NCBI GenBank assembly: GCA_051942245.1
Contig: JAVECL010000004.1
Location: 62,001-126,000, forward strand
Direction of reading: 5' to 3'
DNA: 64,000 nucleotides
Origin: Trypethelium eluteriae
Taxonomy: Eukaryota
Below, piece after piece: positions 13,092-25,547 of the stretch (positions within the stretch are counted from its first letter, which is position 1; each line of letters begins with the position of its first letter). The position numbers and the translations under genes are program-made. The notes below the pieces were generated by a model. It searched no databases, was not told the origin of the DNA, and worked only from the letters and a program-made list of their open reading frames with translations.

Positions 13092-14808
13092 ATGGCTGAA
13101 GCAATACTGGAGAAAGCGAGCTCACCCTCCGGCAGTCCTAAGGACAAGCTTTATGAAATCATGGCCCGGGAGCCTTTGGGTCACATTTTCTTCCAGCATG
13201 ACCTTACTGGAATGGGTGTTGCAGATGATATCCAAAAACTCACCTCCGTCGTGCAAGACTTAGTCTCGGCACAGCTCTTGCAGATTATGACCCACGATGG
13301 GGAGGTCTGTTACAAAGTGCGGTCACGCGAAGAAGCTGCCCGGTATGTGCATCCGGTTTTCTCTTCGCTTTGGGAATTGGAATAGGCGATGATCCTCTCG
13401 CATTATTAACGCTGGTACTTCTTGCAGCCTCATCTCCTTGACTTTTGACGAAAGAACCATCTACAACTACATTGCTGAAAGCAGAACCAATGGCTGCTGG
13501 GTGAAATCTCTCCAAAATAAAACGAATTTCCATTTGGCGAACCTCGGCAAGTTGATCAAGTCCCTCGAAAATAAGCGCCTCATTAAGTCTATCAAAAACG
13601 TCAAATTCCCTACTCGCCGGATATACATGCTGAGTGATCTGAGTCCTAGCGAAGACATTACAGGCGGACCTTGGTTTAGCGACGCTGAACTAGACGTAGA
13701 TTTGGTGGATGCCCTGGCTACTTTGGCTATCAAATTTGTGAGCGATAGAAGCTGGGGCATAAGTGCAAGAAAAAAGGTCAGAAGAGAAAACCATGAAGAC
13801 GCAGGGACACCGAAACTTGCAACACCCGATAATGTCTCCATGGAAAAAGGCCGAAGGATCAACAAGTCGTCCAAACAGCTGAAACCGGGCAAGCACGTAG
13901 CTGGTGAAACAATCGGAAGCACGCAACAAGCAGATGCAAACGACCAAGACACCATTAATGCTCCGGGTAATACTAAAACAGACCCTGCTGTGCCCAATGA
14001 CTATTCTCATAGAGTCCCAGCGATCGACAAACTAGATATTCCCCTCTTTCCTCCTCAACCGCACCTCCATCCTATTCCCCCACCGGTATCGACTTCCAAC
14101 CCCTCTTCGTTACCGCTGTTCAAAGTAGGGCACACCTATCCGTCAACGGCGGAAATCTGCGATCATATTCGTAATTCTGGTGTCACCTCGCTAACCTTCA
14201 GTGAGTCTGAATTTCAAGAGCTTCTGGAAATGCTCGTGTTGGATGGAAGGCTTGAAAAAATGGGCCCAAACCGGTATCGGTCGGTCCGTGGCGTCCTTGC
14301 TCTAACAGAGAGGGGTAGGGACCACGAAAACCGTGGGAAAGAGCGCGAGAGAGCAAGGAAAGGTCCCGAAACAGAAATCGAAGAGCTGGGAGCTGCGGTT
14401 GGTAGTAAGAGTAAAAAGCGAAAATGGGCAGGTCTAGACGCGGTTGACGAAGAAGACGATGTTGTGCTTGGGGGCCGAGACTGCAAGAAGTATCATCGCT
14501 TGCAGCGGAGACAAGTTTCGAAGTCCCCACACAGATCGTCAAAGACTCGAGCACAGTCTTCGATTCTAGATATTAGTCCAGAGAGAGGAGACGTCGCTAC
14601 TGCTGAGGATCCACCAAAGGCCGAATTTGGAGGGCTGATTAATGGATTTGCCGAGGCGCCCTGTGCGCGCTGTCCCGTCTTCTCCATCTGTGGTGAAGAT
14701 GGCCCAGTAAGCGCAGCCAGCTGCCTGTATTTTGAGGACTGGCTTGATGGTGGAATGAGAGCTTATGAAGGGATGGAGAGAAAGTTCCAAGGCACTGACG
14801 TAATGTAG
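13092..14808 (+). CDS. RPC34: RNA polymerase III subunit C34 (RPC6/Rpc34)
   Basis: Winged-helix segment KLIKSLENKRLIKSIKNVKFPTRRIYMLSDLSPSEDITGGPWFSD, and C-terminal EAPCARCPVFSICGEDGPVSAASCLYFEDWL. Intron 13343-13427 (GTATGT...TTGCAG). Confidence 0.92.
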
Positions 14809-15378
14809 GGTTGGTAAACCTAATGCCTCGGGCCAGATACTGGGTGTGTGGTCATACAGCCGCGCGATGAATAATCCAGGCTTTTAAGTGAGGAATGGCT
14901 CGTTTGGTGAGTGGACTCCATTTTTTTGCTTTCCACAAGCCAGGAATATGCAGGATGTTGTGAAGGTATGGATCTTTAGCGATGGCGCATGGGAATACCC
15001 TAGCATGGCAGCGGTTCGGACTGGATGGAGTCATTGCATCGTGTAACGTCTTGCCTAAGTTCATATTGCAAACTGCGATTGGTACGATGCCTAAAAAAGA
15101 CAAAGAGTCGTCGTCGTTGCACGTCATTGTGCTTCATCTCCAGAACTCTCTTCCTTGTCGTAAGTGGAACATGCAACCAGCAAGCCCACGGGGTTTGAGT
15201 GCAAGAAACAGAGAACATATTCTTGAGGCCAACATGACACGAAGTCTCTCATCCAAACGTAATTGGTGCTAGCCAATCGCTTCTCCCTACCAACAGCTCA
15301 CTTTTATAAGAGTGAGAGACCGGACGCAAGTAGGCATGTTTCTTTAGTTAGGCATGGACGTTGAATGATGAATGAGAT

Positions 15379-17889
15379 TCAAGAGTGCAGCTGATGTGTT
15401 GGACAACTTCCAGCACCCTTCGTATCCCACCACTGTCGTATACATGTCTGCATCATCCGAGGCGGTCAGCAGGACGATAATAGTACAGAAACAAGACCAT
15501 GAAATCGCAAGAGCACACGTACCCGATGAAATTTACACAAGCACTCCAATCTCCCCATCTCCTGGCCATCCTCAAATTCTTCAAAGCAAATGACACATTC
15601 CTGCGATCCTCCGCCTTCATCCACGCAATCCTTTTCGCTCGCGCGGTAAATAAGCATCCGCGTTCCTGTCTGACGACGGGGTCTCGATACTGACGCCGCG
15701 GCTGAGGGATTCTCGCGAGATGACGTGGCAGAAGCTTCGGGCGAATCGACGGAGTGGAATTGTGGTGGCGTAAAAGATTGATTGTAGAAGGCCGGAGTAC
15801 TTTGAGAAAGCAACGCTGATGCGCTGCTAGAAGATACTGCAGCAACAGGATTGGCGTCTAGGGGCACATTGGTGGGATCTTGATGGGCCGCAGACGAGGC
15901 TTCGCCATAAGCGTGATCTCGTATACATTGGTCGATGTGCCGCTCACGGTCTCCTTCGTCGTCGTCAGGTCCCTTGGATGGAAGCTCATTGCCACAAACA
16001 GGACACTCGTCTTCCTCTGGGATTTGTCGCGGCGGCTCGGGTGGGTGCGGTGGTACATAAGAAGCACGAGGTGGCACAGGGGCGGGAAAAGGTGCAAGTT
16101 CAGTCGGTCGCGGTATCGGTGGAAGAGGAGCATTGAAATTGATCGAGCGGCCGCTAGGACGTTGGTTTTCGGACGATGAATTTGGGAAGAAGCCGAACGG
16201 AAGGCCTGGCGAGAAATGTGGAGTGCTGTTGGAGTTAGAGTTGTTTGGATGATGTCGAGGCAGATTGGACGGCGGGAAAGGCTGCCGTTGGTTGAGTTGC
16301 GAAGAAATTCCCGCAAGATTCCAGGAGTTATACTGATAGTCATGTGGCAGCGTGCGTCGGCGGTGTCGAAGCATGTCATGGTGGCGCTCATAACGCTGCG
16401 AAAATGCATTTCGGTGAGATGGTAAGGTACCTGAAGAATCGGTATGATCTTGTGACCGAAAAGCCAACTGTGCAGGATGAGATCTTGGGGCTGAAAGTGA
16501 GTTCGACGATGACGCATCTGGCTGGCGCGGTGGATTAGAGACAGAGAATGGAACATGCCCTGGCTGCTGCGTTGATGACTGTTGTCTAAGATTGAGACTG
16601 GTATATGAGGAATACGGAGGACTCAGCTGGGGAGGGGGACTGAAGTTCGGATCTGGTACACAGGGGTTGCATACACGGACTACTTCGCCGCCATCCAGGG
16701 CGGTGTTAAATGAGAAAGACGCGTGAGAGCTGCTATCCGGCCTAGCCTGTCCTTGTGCTTGGATGACGGGGTGACGGGGAGAGTTTGCGTCGCTTTCCCC
16801 TGTGAGATCCACCACAGCGCCGACTGGCTGATCTCCGGGTCCTACGGAGAACTCGGAAGGGTGAATAATAAACTGTCGTGGTATTGTGATTCGATGTGGG
16901 GAGCAAGTAGCGCAGACTACTCGTCCACATTTTCTAAGTTGATCGTGAGTAAAGCGAGTCTTGATAAGATGCAAATGCAGCTTTCGCGAAGACGAGGTTA
17001 ACTGTGCCAAATTGATGATGAGTAGGAAAGGATACTGAGAGGTGGGCACAGGATGAAGATGAAGCTAAAAAAGAATGCCGCGAGACAACGCGGATATCGT
17101 AAAAAACCGAGAAGACGGAGGTTTACACCTACGATGAGAGACGTTCCTTGCGGATAAAAGTTGACCAGTGAGGAAAATGACTTACCGACAGTGATGTTTC
17201 CGAAAGAAGAAGCTGAAAGCCGTTCCACATACTGGACAATGGGAGACTTCAGAGTCGGGCTGCCACCTTGGCAGCACATACTCATTTCCCCGTCTTCTAC
17301 CCTCCTGATTCTGACGGGTGGGGGTTGAGACTGGAGGCCTGTCTAAGCCGGTGAGATCAATTGGGGTTGCTCGTGAGCCTGTACTGCTTTGGTTTTCCCC
17401 GATCCGATCGTGTGCCCAACTTGAGGCGCCACTTAGTCCAGTCATTTCCGCGATACCTTCAGCAAGTTGCCGTCCCAATCCAGCATCCTCTACCCCACTA
17501 CCTCTCCTACCAGGACTGCTAGGCGCTGTTAATCGTCTTTTCCGATCCAGAACGATGTCGCCTAAAGACCGAACAGTTCCCCCATCTGTCCGCACCCCTA
17601 ATCGGTCTTGTACACCTAGATTTCTTTCCTGTGAAGTTCGCCTTCGATATCGGGTCTGCTTTGCATTCGGGTGTATCGTAGATGCCGAAGCTCGTAGTAG
17701 TCGCGGAGGCTGTCTTGATACGGTAGAGTCGCTGTGGCCGCGCCGCTCCAGGAAACGACTCTCGCCAGTGCTGATGGCTGAGGAGCCTAGGGTCTGCGGA
17801 CCGCTGTTTGAGGGGTTGGAGTGGGGCGGCAAGACATGAGAAGGGTCTGAGGAAGACGATGGTGGGTTTGAAACATGCTGAAATTCCAT
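15379..17889 (-). CDS. FYVE + RING-H2 E3 ubiquitin ligase (Pib1-like)
   Basis: FYVE domain WQPDSEVSHCPVCG...FFFRKHHCR/KCGRVVCATCS is split by a ~250-nt intron. RING ECVICFEEFEDGQEMGRLECLCKFH is spliced to TCIRQWWDTKGAGSCPTHQLHS, with the stop at 15379. Confidence 0.9.
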
Positions 17890-18523
17890 TTTCAAGATTC
17901 GTTCGAACCAGGCCCGGAGTGTAGATCTTTCAGATCAGTGATCTGTGTGTTTATTTCCAAACTTCCCTGCACTGCGGACAATTGACCAAATCAAGGTAGA
18001 CAGGGAATGTTATAATGGCATTAGAAAAGATTCCAGAGAGCGAGTAATGGTTTTCGAAGAATCCAAAGCTCGCTTGACGCACGAGCCTGAGTAGTCTAGA
18101 GTGTTCTTTTTTTTTTGGAGGGGCGATTTTAGGGAATTGATCCCTATAGAGAAACTCGCGAGATTTCACTTCCTGGGATGAAGGTCTCTCTGAGGACTAA
18201 CACGCATAAGAGCGGGGTTCCAGAAGAGTCCTGGGGTCTGTAGTTACGTTGGTTGCGGTTGTTCGGTGGTCGTGTGCTCTGACCCCATAGCGGGGCATAA
18301 GAAGCTGATCTGTCGCAGTGAGGGAATATCCGGCTGGCGATATTAGGGTCCTGAGGACGTGGTGATCTATTGGTGGATTGTAGCTCAAAACTATCGTGAG
18401 CATGCGGGTAGTTAAGCAGGTAGGTAGGTGAAGCGCCAGTCCCTCTGAGATCTCACGCATGGCGCGGAAGACGAAGTGAAGCCGTCGGCGGATGCCGGCA
18501 ACGATCGCTCATCGCTCATGAGC

Positions 18524-18571
18524 GCTCCGGGATTTTGCTCCGGATTTCGCTCTGGCATTTGTTCCGGATCT
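18524..18571. repeat. Short degenerate tandem repeat (~12 bp x4, GCTCCGGATTT)
   Basis: Units read directly from the sequence: GCTCCGGGATTTT, GCTCCGGATTTC, GCTCTGGCATTT, GTTCCGGATCT. Confidence 0.7.
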
Positions 18572-19097
18572 GGCTTCCTACACGTACTCACGGGAACATG
18601 GCCAGCAAATCTTTGGTAGATACGATATTAAACACTACCCTTCGCTGGCTCTAAGAGAAAACAAAGCACAAGAACCTTCGCGCATTTAGAGTAATCGTCA
18701 GTGTATATCATTTGCATGCCAGCCACCTCAACTTCGCGCATCCAATGCGCGGGCTCGCTTTGCTACCTTTCTGTGTATATAGTACATCCCCAAAACTTAC
18801 ATGTGGAGTCTGCAACGGAAGAATTACGAAGATAAAAAAGACGATGTTTGCGTGCGCACCAAGCTGACTCGCCGTGTCATGACCTATCCATAGGTCTCGT
18901 ATGCCCATCCCGTAGACTCGGAAAAACGCCGGCATGTTCCACGTGCGCATACATATACAAGACTATACCGGCCAATGTTCTCGCTTCTGGGTATCATCCT
19001 CTCTCTAGATTACGGGTTTGCAGTCTCCTCCTCCTCATGTGACTCAACTTCTTCTGGTGTAGGTAGGAAAGGACTCGGATCACTCTCCTAGTGACTA

Positions 19098-22000
19098 TCA
19101 TCGTCCCGGTCCATTGCTGTCTCTGCCGCGTCTGCTACTTGCTGGGCTCACTCCTTGAACCAATTCAGCCTCGCTCCCCTGAGCCGCGAAATCTTCCCTA
19201 AAAATTGTCTGCCGCATTCCCTCGCCTGCTCGGTGCTGCGTAACCTGTCCATAGCTTGCTGGACGGTCCTCAATACGCCTGCCGGGCACCCCCAAATGAC
19301 CACTCGTAGCCAGCTCCCCCAGTACACCCGACTCTCTCTCATCTAGTTGTCCGCTGCGTTGCGAAGTCTGCGCAGAGAGACCAGCAGCCGAGGAGTTGGA
19401 ATGACGATCGTGCATGTTCTCGTCAGAGGGGTACCGGGAGGAATTAGCAGAACCGCCAACTGTCAGGCCAGGTGAGGGACCAGGGCTCCCGAACGGCATG
19501 CGTCCACTTGCTTCAGTAACGTGGAGATGTTGCGGTCGCGGCCTTTGCGAAGATGGCGCGCTTTCTTCACCTGAACTTTTTGTGATTGCCAGTCCTGGAG
19601 GTCCCTCTTCCATTGCCGACTCTCCATAGTCAAGCACCCTTTGCGGGCTTGGTCTCCTGCTGTCCTCATTCGACCCAGACGGGCTGGGGTCGATACGGGA
19701 CATGCGCCCCGTTGGATTGATATACGTCGTGTTGTCCACGGATGACTGTCTTCGTGAAGATTTTCTAGGAATATTGGGGGCCCCTGGACGTGAAGAGATG
19801 CTCACACCTGCACCCAAAGGGTCAGATGTTGCAGCCTCCGTTGCACTTCGAGAGGTCACAGACGCAGACAGTGATAGCGGATATTGGCCAAGCTCGTGGG
19901 CCATGCCTGCAGGAGGCTGCAGGTCCTTCTGGGTGGAAGAGTGTCGTGAGCCAACGCGTGAGGGCATGTGGATGGAAGGATCAGTGTCAATTGGCTCAAG
20001 GAGGGGAGGCACTGCGGAGAGGCGGGAACGGGATTGCAGGTCAAAAGGATTGTCCTCAATAGAGTCGTTGTCCGAGTCGGTGTCGTGATGTGGGGGATCA
20101 TAAGCAAAGGATGCTGGACGGCCCCGTGTGATATCGGCGGCATCGTCCTCACCATCATCCTCGGCATGGTGGCGACGTTGCAAGCCAGCGCTCGCACTCG
20201 GAACTGGACTATCACTGTAAGGCTGATCTGGGAACCGGTCGTCTTGGGGTGAGTCCCCAATTCCGTCGATTGGGGGTGGAGCTCGCGTACTTCGAACAAC
20301 CTCGAAGCCTTTGCCTTTGTCTTTCGTCTTGCCACTAAAAAGATTCCTGAACCATCCCGTCGCAGAGGAGACCGGTCCGGTAGGATCTGCAGGGCCAGTC
20401 TTCAGTTTTCTGGTTGGCTGGTTGGACAGGGCTGGGCCGCGAACGCCATAATAGAAGTCGACCTCTCGTACAGCATAGTCCTGGTTCGATCGCCGGGAGA
20501 CGCCCACATTAGGGCTCGAATCATCGCGTTGATGCACGCGCCCAGCAGCAGCACCACCACCTTGTGATGGATCTTGTCCGCCTTCTGCAATGTCACCAGA
20601 TTCCGGCGAGTCATGATAAGCCCTATTAACCCACTCCCCACTAGCCCAGGATCCTCTACTGGGTCCGCCCGTGGCCGGTGTCATGGCGTCCGTGGTTGAT
20701 CTTCGCGCCCTTGGCGGTCTGTAATAAGGATCAGGGTTCGGCTGTTCCATTTTCGAGGTCAACGTTGCCTTTCTTGTTGAAGGGCCGGCGGATTCGCTCC
20801 CGTAAGAACCTCCTGGTGTCCCTGGACCAGAGTTGGCCTCGCTGAATTGATCGAATCCAGTACTCGGTCGCCGCTGCATTTGCTGTTGGAGTAGGATGGT
20901 GGAGCTTGCAGAGAGACTCCTTGATCGCCCACCGAATTGGATTGACTTTTGGTCATCGTCCCTAGCTAGGATTGCAGCGTCAGATGTCATGCTACTCCGC
21001 GGGCCGCGACGGCGATGTCTCCTTGACAGTTGACGGACACCAAACACCTTGCCAAGTCCGCCGCGTTGAGCTCCAGCCTCCCGATCAGATCCGAGTCCTG
21101 CCATTCTTGCCACAACTTCCAAAATTCTGAGTAATGCATTACCTAAAAAGCCGAATATTAAGACAATGGCGTGAAGAAGAAGTATCACGTAGCCGAGCCA
21201 GCCTTTGGGGGACTCGGCCACTCCTAGTGAGGGTACGAAAGCCACCATGAGGAGGACTGTTGCAAGTCTGATAGATGAAAAGACGGTCTGGTAAGCGTTC
21301 ATTGAAGTCGGAGAGTGGTACGGTCGAAACGCATTCAGAGTGAGGATGAGGACGACTTCGCAGATGGCGAGCAAAACGACTTGCGCAATGCCAGACTGCT
21401 GGACTGCACCAATCGCAATACCTCTGACGATGGTCAGGAAGATCGGAACAAAGGCAAATGGAGCAGCCTCATCCGAGTACGTGTTGTAGAGAGGTCCGTA
21501 GCGGAGCACTGTTGGGAGATCGTCAAATAGATGTGCTCTTGGTCTGGTTGTAACGATCATCCGGAAGATCCACGCCAGAAAAACCAGCACTGCCACGATA
21601 AACACAATGGCCATAGCAACGACGACAGCAGGCGAACGAGCGGCAACGACCAGCTGAAACATCGATAAAGCCACGATGGGAAGAAGGAAAAAGTTGCAGA
21701 CCAGGCGGACGACATTGCCGAGAGTGAAGGGCAGATTCTTCCTTCGTAGGTCTTCCTCCGGGTTTGATGAGATTTGTCGCCACAGCCAACGAGCTGCAAA
21801 GCCAATCTGGCAAAGCGCGACAACGGCAGCGATAATGACCAGTAGCCATATGGCCATCCCAGCCCAGATATCTTCCACGTCTGTCATGCCAACAAGCTGA
21901 CTTGTCCGCTCCAGTCCAAACGTCGCATTACTGACATATATACCGTCTGTCAGACTTTGTGTGCCGTTCCCATGACTGACAAAGCTCTCGTTGAACATAA

Positions 22001-23096
22001 GGGCCGCCCATCCCGTTCTACTTATCGCTGGCTGGTAGAATCCAGGATAGCTGAGACTGAGGCTGCCGGAGAGAATGACGAACTGGATATACTGCAAGCA
22101 ATCCCCGAAACCAGGGGTGACTAAACGAATCAAGTCCTCGTCACGCCCATAGTTGCTCGACCAGCGGAAGATGTCGGAAGATCCCCATGGACTATAAACT
22201 GCCGCAAAAATGACGGCAACCCCGGCTATCACTAGTATTGCTGCAGGCAGATATCTCAAGACTCCCGAAATCAACCTTCCCAGATATGGTGTGATGGTCG
22301 CCGAGACACAAGCCAAAGGTGGTGCATCCTTGTCTCCCGAATTAACGCGAAGTGTCGCAAAAAAGCTGGCAAAAGAGTATGCGGAGAAGAAGTCGTGAAC
22401 AACGGTGAAGCCAGGCAGCGTATTTCGATCGTATCGGCTTCCGTTGAAGGCAGGACCAATGGGGCAGAGTCCATGGACGATGCTATCGCAAAAGATCTCG
22501 CCCGGAAGGTTATCCCATGCATCGTATTGTAGAACATCGATTTTTGTGTAAAAAGTCGTAATCTTGTTATTGCTTGAGCTCACATTCACTATTTTGCCAA
22601 ATGTTTGTTTCGGGTTGCCCCAATCTGGAGAGTCGGGAGGTGGGTATGGTCCTTGAGTCGTTTGACCGGAAACATTCCCATATGTTGTAAGATTAAAATT
22701 ATAACTTGTACCATTGTGAATGTACGAGGCGTCGAAGAAGTAAGGAATCCACTGGAGTTGTAGGGGACTAGAGTTGATGATATTGGGATCAAGGCAGTTT
22801 TGAAAGGTGATGAGGGCAGCATTGGCGCAGGGAGCCACGAAGGTGAGAACGCACAAGAGGTTTGCGATAGAGATCGGTGCGAGACTGGACCGCTTCCAGC
22901 GGTTAAAGGAGCAAGCGGTTGTGGATTCGAGATGTCGTAGGGACGATGGTCGTGAGCCCAGAGTCAGGCGACCAGAAGAAAAGGCTGAAGTCGTCATATC
23001 GTTCGCAGCCGATGACCCATGACTTTGTCCCTTGCTCTTTCCGCCATCGTGAATCTGCAATCCGCCACCAAGCCCCACGCTGGCCATATCGTCCAT
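19098..23096 (-). CDS. TRP-like / FLC (flavin carrier, Pkd2-type) multi-pass membrane protein with lumenal ML-like N-terminal domain
   Basis: Intronless ~1330-aa ORF with a signal-like hydrophobic stretch, a Cys-containing lumenal domain, TPGFGDCLQYIQF, LSLSYPGFYQP and RYGPLYNTY, ~9 TM helices and a long Ser/Pro-rich tail. The start codon is ambiguous (23096, 23087 or 22997). Confidence 0.85.
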   Translation of the reverse strand: MDDMASVGLGGGLQIHDGGKSKGQSHGSSAANDMTTSAFSSGRLTLGSRPSSLRHLESTTACSFNRWKRSSLAPISIANLLCVLTFVAPCANAALITFQNCLDPNIINSSPLQLQWIPYFFDASYIHNGTSYNFNLTTYGNVSGQTTQGPYPPPDSPDWGNPKQTFGKIVNVSSSNNKITTFYTKIDVLQYDAWDNLPGEIFCDSIVHGLCPIGPAFNGSRYDRNTLPGFTVVHDFFSAYSFASFFATLRVNSGDKDAPPLACVSATITPYLGRLISGVLRYLPAAILVIAGVAVIFAAVYSPWGSSDIFRWSSNYGRDEDLIRLVTPGFGDCLQYIQFVILSGSLSLSYPGFYQPAISRTGWAALMFNESFVSHGNGTQSLTDGIYVSNATFGLERTSQLVGMTDVEDIWAGMAIWLLVIIAAVVALCQIGFAARWLWRQISSNPEEDLRRKNLPFTLGNVVRLVCNFFLLPIVALSMFQLVVAARSPAVVVAMAIVFIVAVLVFLAWIFRMIVTTRPRAHLFDDLPTVLRYGPLYNTYSDEAAPFAFVPIFLTIVRGIAIGAVQQSGIAQVVLLAICEVVLILTLNAFRPYHSPTSMNAYQTVFSSIRLATVLLMVAFVPSLGVAESPKGWLGYVILLLHAIVLIFGFLGNALLRILEVVARMAGLGSDREAGAQRGGLGKVFGVRQLSRRHRRRGPRSSMTSDAAILARDDDQKSIQFGGRSRSLSASSTILLQQQMQRRPSTGFDQFSEANSGPGTPGGSYGSESAGPSTRKATLTSKMEQPNPDPYYRPPRARRSTTDAMTPATGGPSRGSWASGEWVNRAYHDSPESGDIAEGGQDPSQGGGAAAGRVHQRDDSSPNVGVSRRSNQDYAVREVDFYYGVRGPALSNQPTRKLKTGPADPTGPVSSATGWFRNLFSGKTKDKGKGFEVVRSTRAPPPIDGIGDSPQDDRFPDQPYSDSPVPSASAGLQRRHHAEDDGEDDAADITRGRPASFAYDPPHHDTDSDNDSIEDNPFDLQSRSRLSAVPPLLEPIDTDPSIHMPSRVGSRHSSTQKDLQPPAGMAHELGQYPLSLSASVTSRSATEAATSDPLGAGVSISSRPGAPNIPRKSSRRQSSVDNTTYINPTGRMSRIDPSPSGSNEDSRRPSPQRVLDYGESAMEEGPPGLAITKSSGEESAPSSQRPRPQHLHVTEASGRMPFGSPGPSPGLTVGGSANSSRYPSDENMHDRHSNSSAAGLSAQTSQRSGQLDERESGVLGELATSGHLGVPGRRIEDRPASYGQVTQHRAGEGMRQTIFREDFAAQGSEAELVQGVSPASSRRGRDSNGPGR

Positions 23097-25524
23097 CAAG
23101 CATGCCGGCAGCTGTGACCCACAAGATATTATCGGTTGGCAAAGCCGCGCCGGCAGAGGCTTCGAATCGTGTAGTAGAGGAAGTCAGGTGGCAGTGGATG
23201 AGAGTGCGGACGTGTGGGTTGTAAAGGAGGCTGTGCGGAGACGGAGACAGGTATTGAGGTATATCTGGAGCTGAATATAGATCCCTGAGAAGATCAGAAG
23301 TTGAGCCGGGAGAGCAGCTTTCCCAAAAAGAAGACCGCTGCGGCGCCTTTGTGGACGGATTTGGAGACCTGAGACAAGCCGCGTGGTGAGACCGGGCTGG
23401 GGAATACGGTAATCGTGCTCCTTACGTATGACAAGGACGGCGGCAGCCACTCTTGGGACAGCCAAGGAGGGCGATGTCCTGCCAACTCCTCGTCCCCCAA
23501 AAGTAAGTCAAGGAAAGGACAGGAACGAGTGTACTGTAGGAAAAGGAATTGACAGATTGGGGAGCTTGGCTTTGATTTGCCGTTGCTGGGAGAAAAGGCA
23601 GAGTGGGCGAACAACGGTCGGGGTCGGGTATGCGAACCCTGAGATAAAACGATAGAATGGGTTTTCCTGCAAACCCTGCCACTCATGGGTGCATGGTTTC
23701 GCTTCGCAGCTACGTGCAGAAACCAGTAAAACCAAGCTTGGTAGGCCGAGTCCAGAAATAGAAAAGTCAATGTCGATCTGCTGCAGGACAGGTCACTAAA
23801 GAGTGCAATTCCCCTCAACTGTACGGAGATACTCCGTACTCCATATTTCGCACTCTCCATAACTGACCCTCAAAATCCTCATACATTGGCCTCTCTCTAA
23901 AACAGATGTCACGCTTGGCATTCATGCGCAGTTCGACCGTATGCTCGAGTTATAATACATTGACCAATATTCGGCCTCATCCAACCCACTTTCACTTTTC
24001 TCTCCACCTTTAAAGATAATTATGGAACCCGATGACGGCTGTGGCGGGTTAGTCAAGCCGTCCATCCTGCTATGCACCCATGGTACACCTTGACCCGTTC
24101 CTTGACTATAGGTACCTTAGCTTAGCAGACGTCGATCCGGACGCTTAGTAACCTTGTACTGATAGTGGCGAATACTGTCGTTACTCCGTGCGTCAGACCA
24201 AGTGGCGAATATCTTTCCAGGGAAGCAACACAAGTCCAGTATCGACGATGCACAATTCACCGGCACGACAGAACCACGGCTTACTAGAAAATCTCTTCAT
24301 TGCTCACCTCTCAGGCCCATCACGGCCTGGAAATGTACGCTCGCCTCCCTCGACCCCTCGCAGATTCAGAACCAGTCTATTCGTTTTCATCCTGTCCCTC
24401 TGATCCTTTCCTTTGCATCCTTGCCTGCTATAAGGCAAGCCTTCGAAGTACAATTCTGTACTGGTATGCTTTGCCTTCGCGCCCTTCCACCAAGTCACCC
24501 ACTGATTTCATCTTCTACCTTCTCATTGGCAACGAAACCCCCCAATATTGCTTGTATGACTTGTGTCCAAGCTTTGACATGACTAGGATGAGAACGCCAG
24601 CTCGGAAGACCTACCTTTATGAGTCTCCAAGTCCAGGCATGATCTTCAACTTCGAAATACTTGACGATGGCGAAATGATATGCGAGTTAACAGCCCCCCC
24701 TTCTGAACAGTGAGCCGTAGTCCTGAGAACTTGAGTAAAGGAGCATTCGAGTAAGCAGAATACTCAAATACCGTCGCTAGCCCATGCCTCGTGCTTCGAA
24801 ACAGATTCGGGGACACCGCAGTCGCGCAATTGATTTGTCTACACTCAAGGACTTTGGATTAATTCCTGAACTTGGACTGAGAAATGATTACCTAGATAAG
24901 CCCCATCAGTGATCACAATCGCAGTGCCCGAAAGTCTCGAAGTCCACAGCAAGGGCGTTTCAAGAATTCTTGGAAGGTTACCCTGCTTTCTAAAGACAAT
25001 ATGACTACCGTTCTACAGATAGGCTCCGATCTACAGAAGAAGGAACTAATACTTATCGGGAGATCGTTACGAAGCTTGGGATCTGACATGCGGACTCCCC
25101 TTTTTCACAGCTGCCGATGCGCAGAAGAATTTCGTATTTATCTCACATCCACGTTGCCAGTCCAATTACACTTAAAGCCCTGCAGCGATGCAAGGATTAG
25201 GACTTATATTTAGATCTCCGTCTGCACCCGCGTTCAAACTTCAATGTGTTTACCGTCGTGAGGAATCTCAGAACCAAACCCTATCCGTGTAGCAAGTCTG
25301 CCTTATTATTCCCGACGAGAGATCCTCTACAAAAGTGGTGCATGTCTTGAAGAGAAGGGAAACATAGGACGGCGCTAATACTATTATCTTCCGTGAAACG
25401 ACGGTATTACATACACTACCTAGACGGAGAAATTTTATCCGTGCCATCTAACCAGGCAAAAGCCGCCTCGGACGCTTGGGGTCTTTGACCTAATTATGGT
25501 TAGCCTGAATTGATTGTCCAGGAA

Positions 25525-25547
25525 TTTTTTTTTTTTTTTTTTTTTTT
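25525..25547. repeat. Poly(T)23 homopolymer tract
   Basis: 23 consecutive T residues in intergenic DNA. Confidence 0.95.

Noticed and set aside
25525..25547. Poly(T)23 as a retroposon tail
   Set aside because: No target-site duplication, Pol III A/B boxes or identifiable retrocopy is adjacent.
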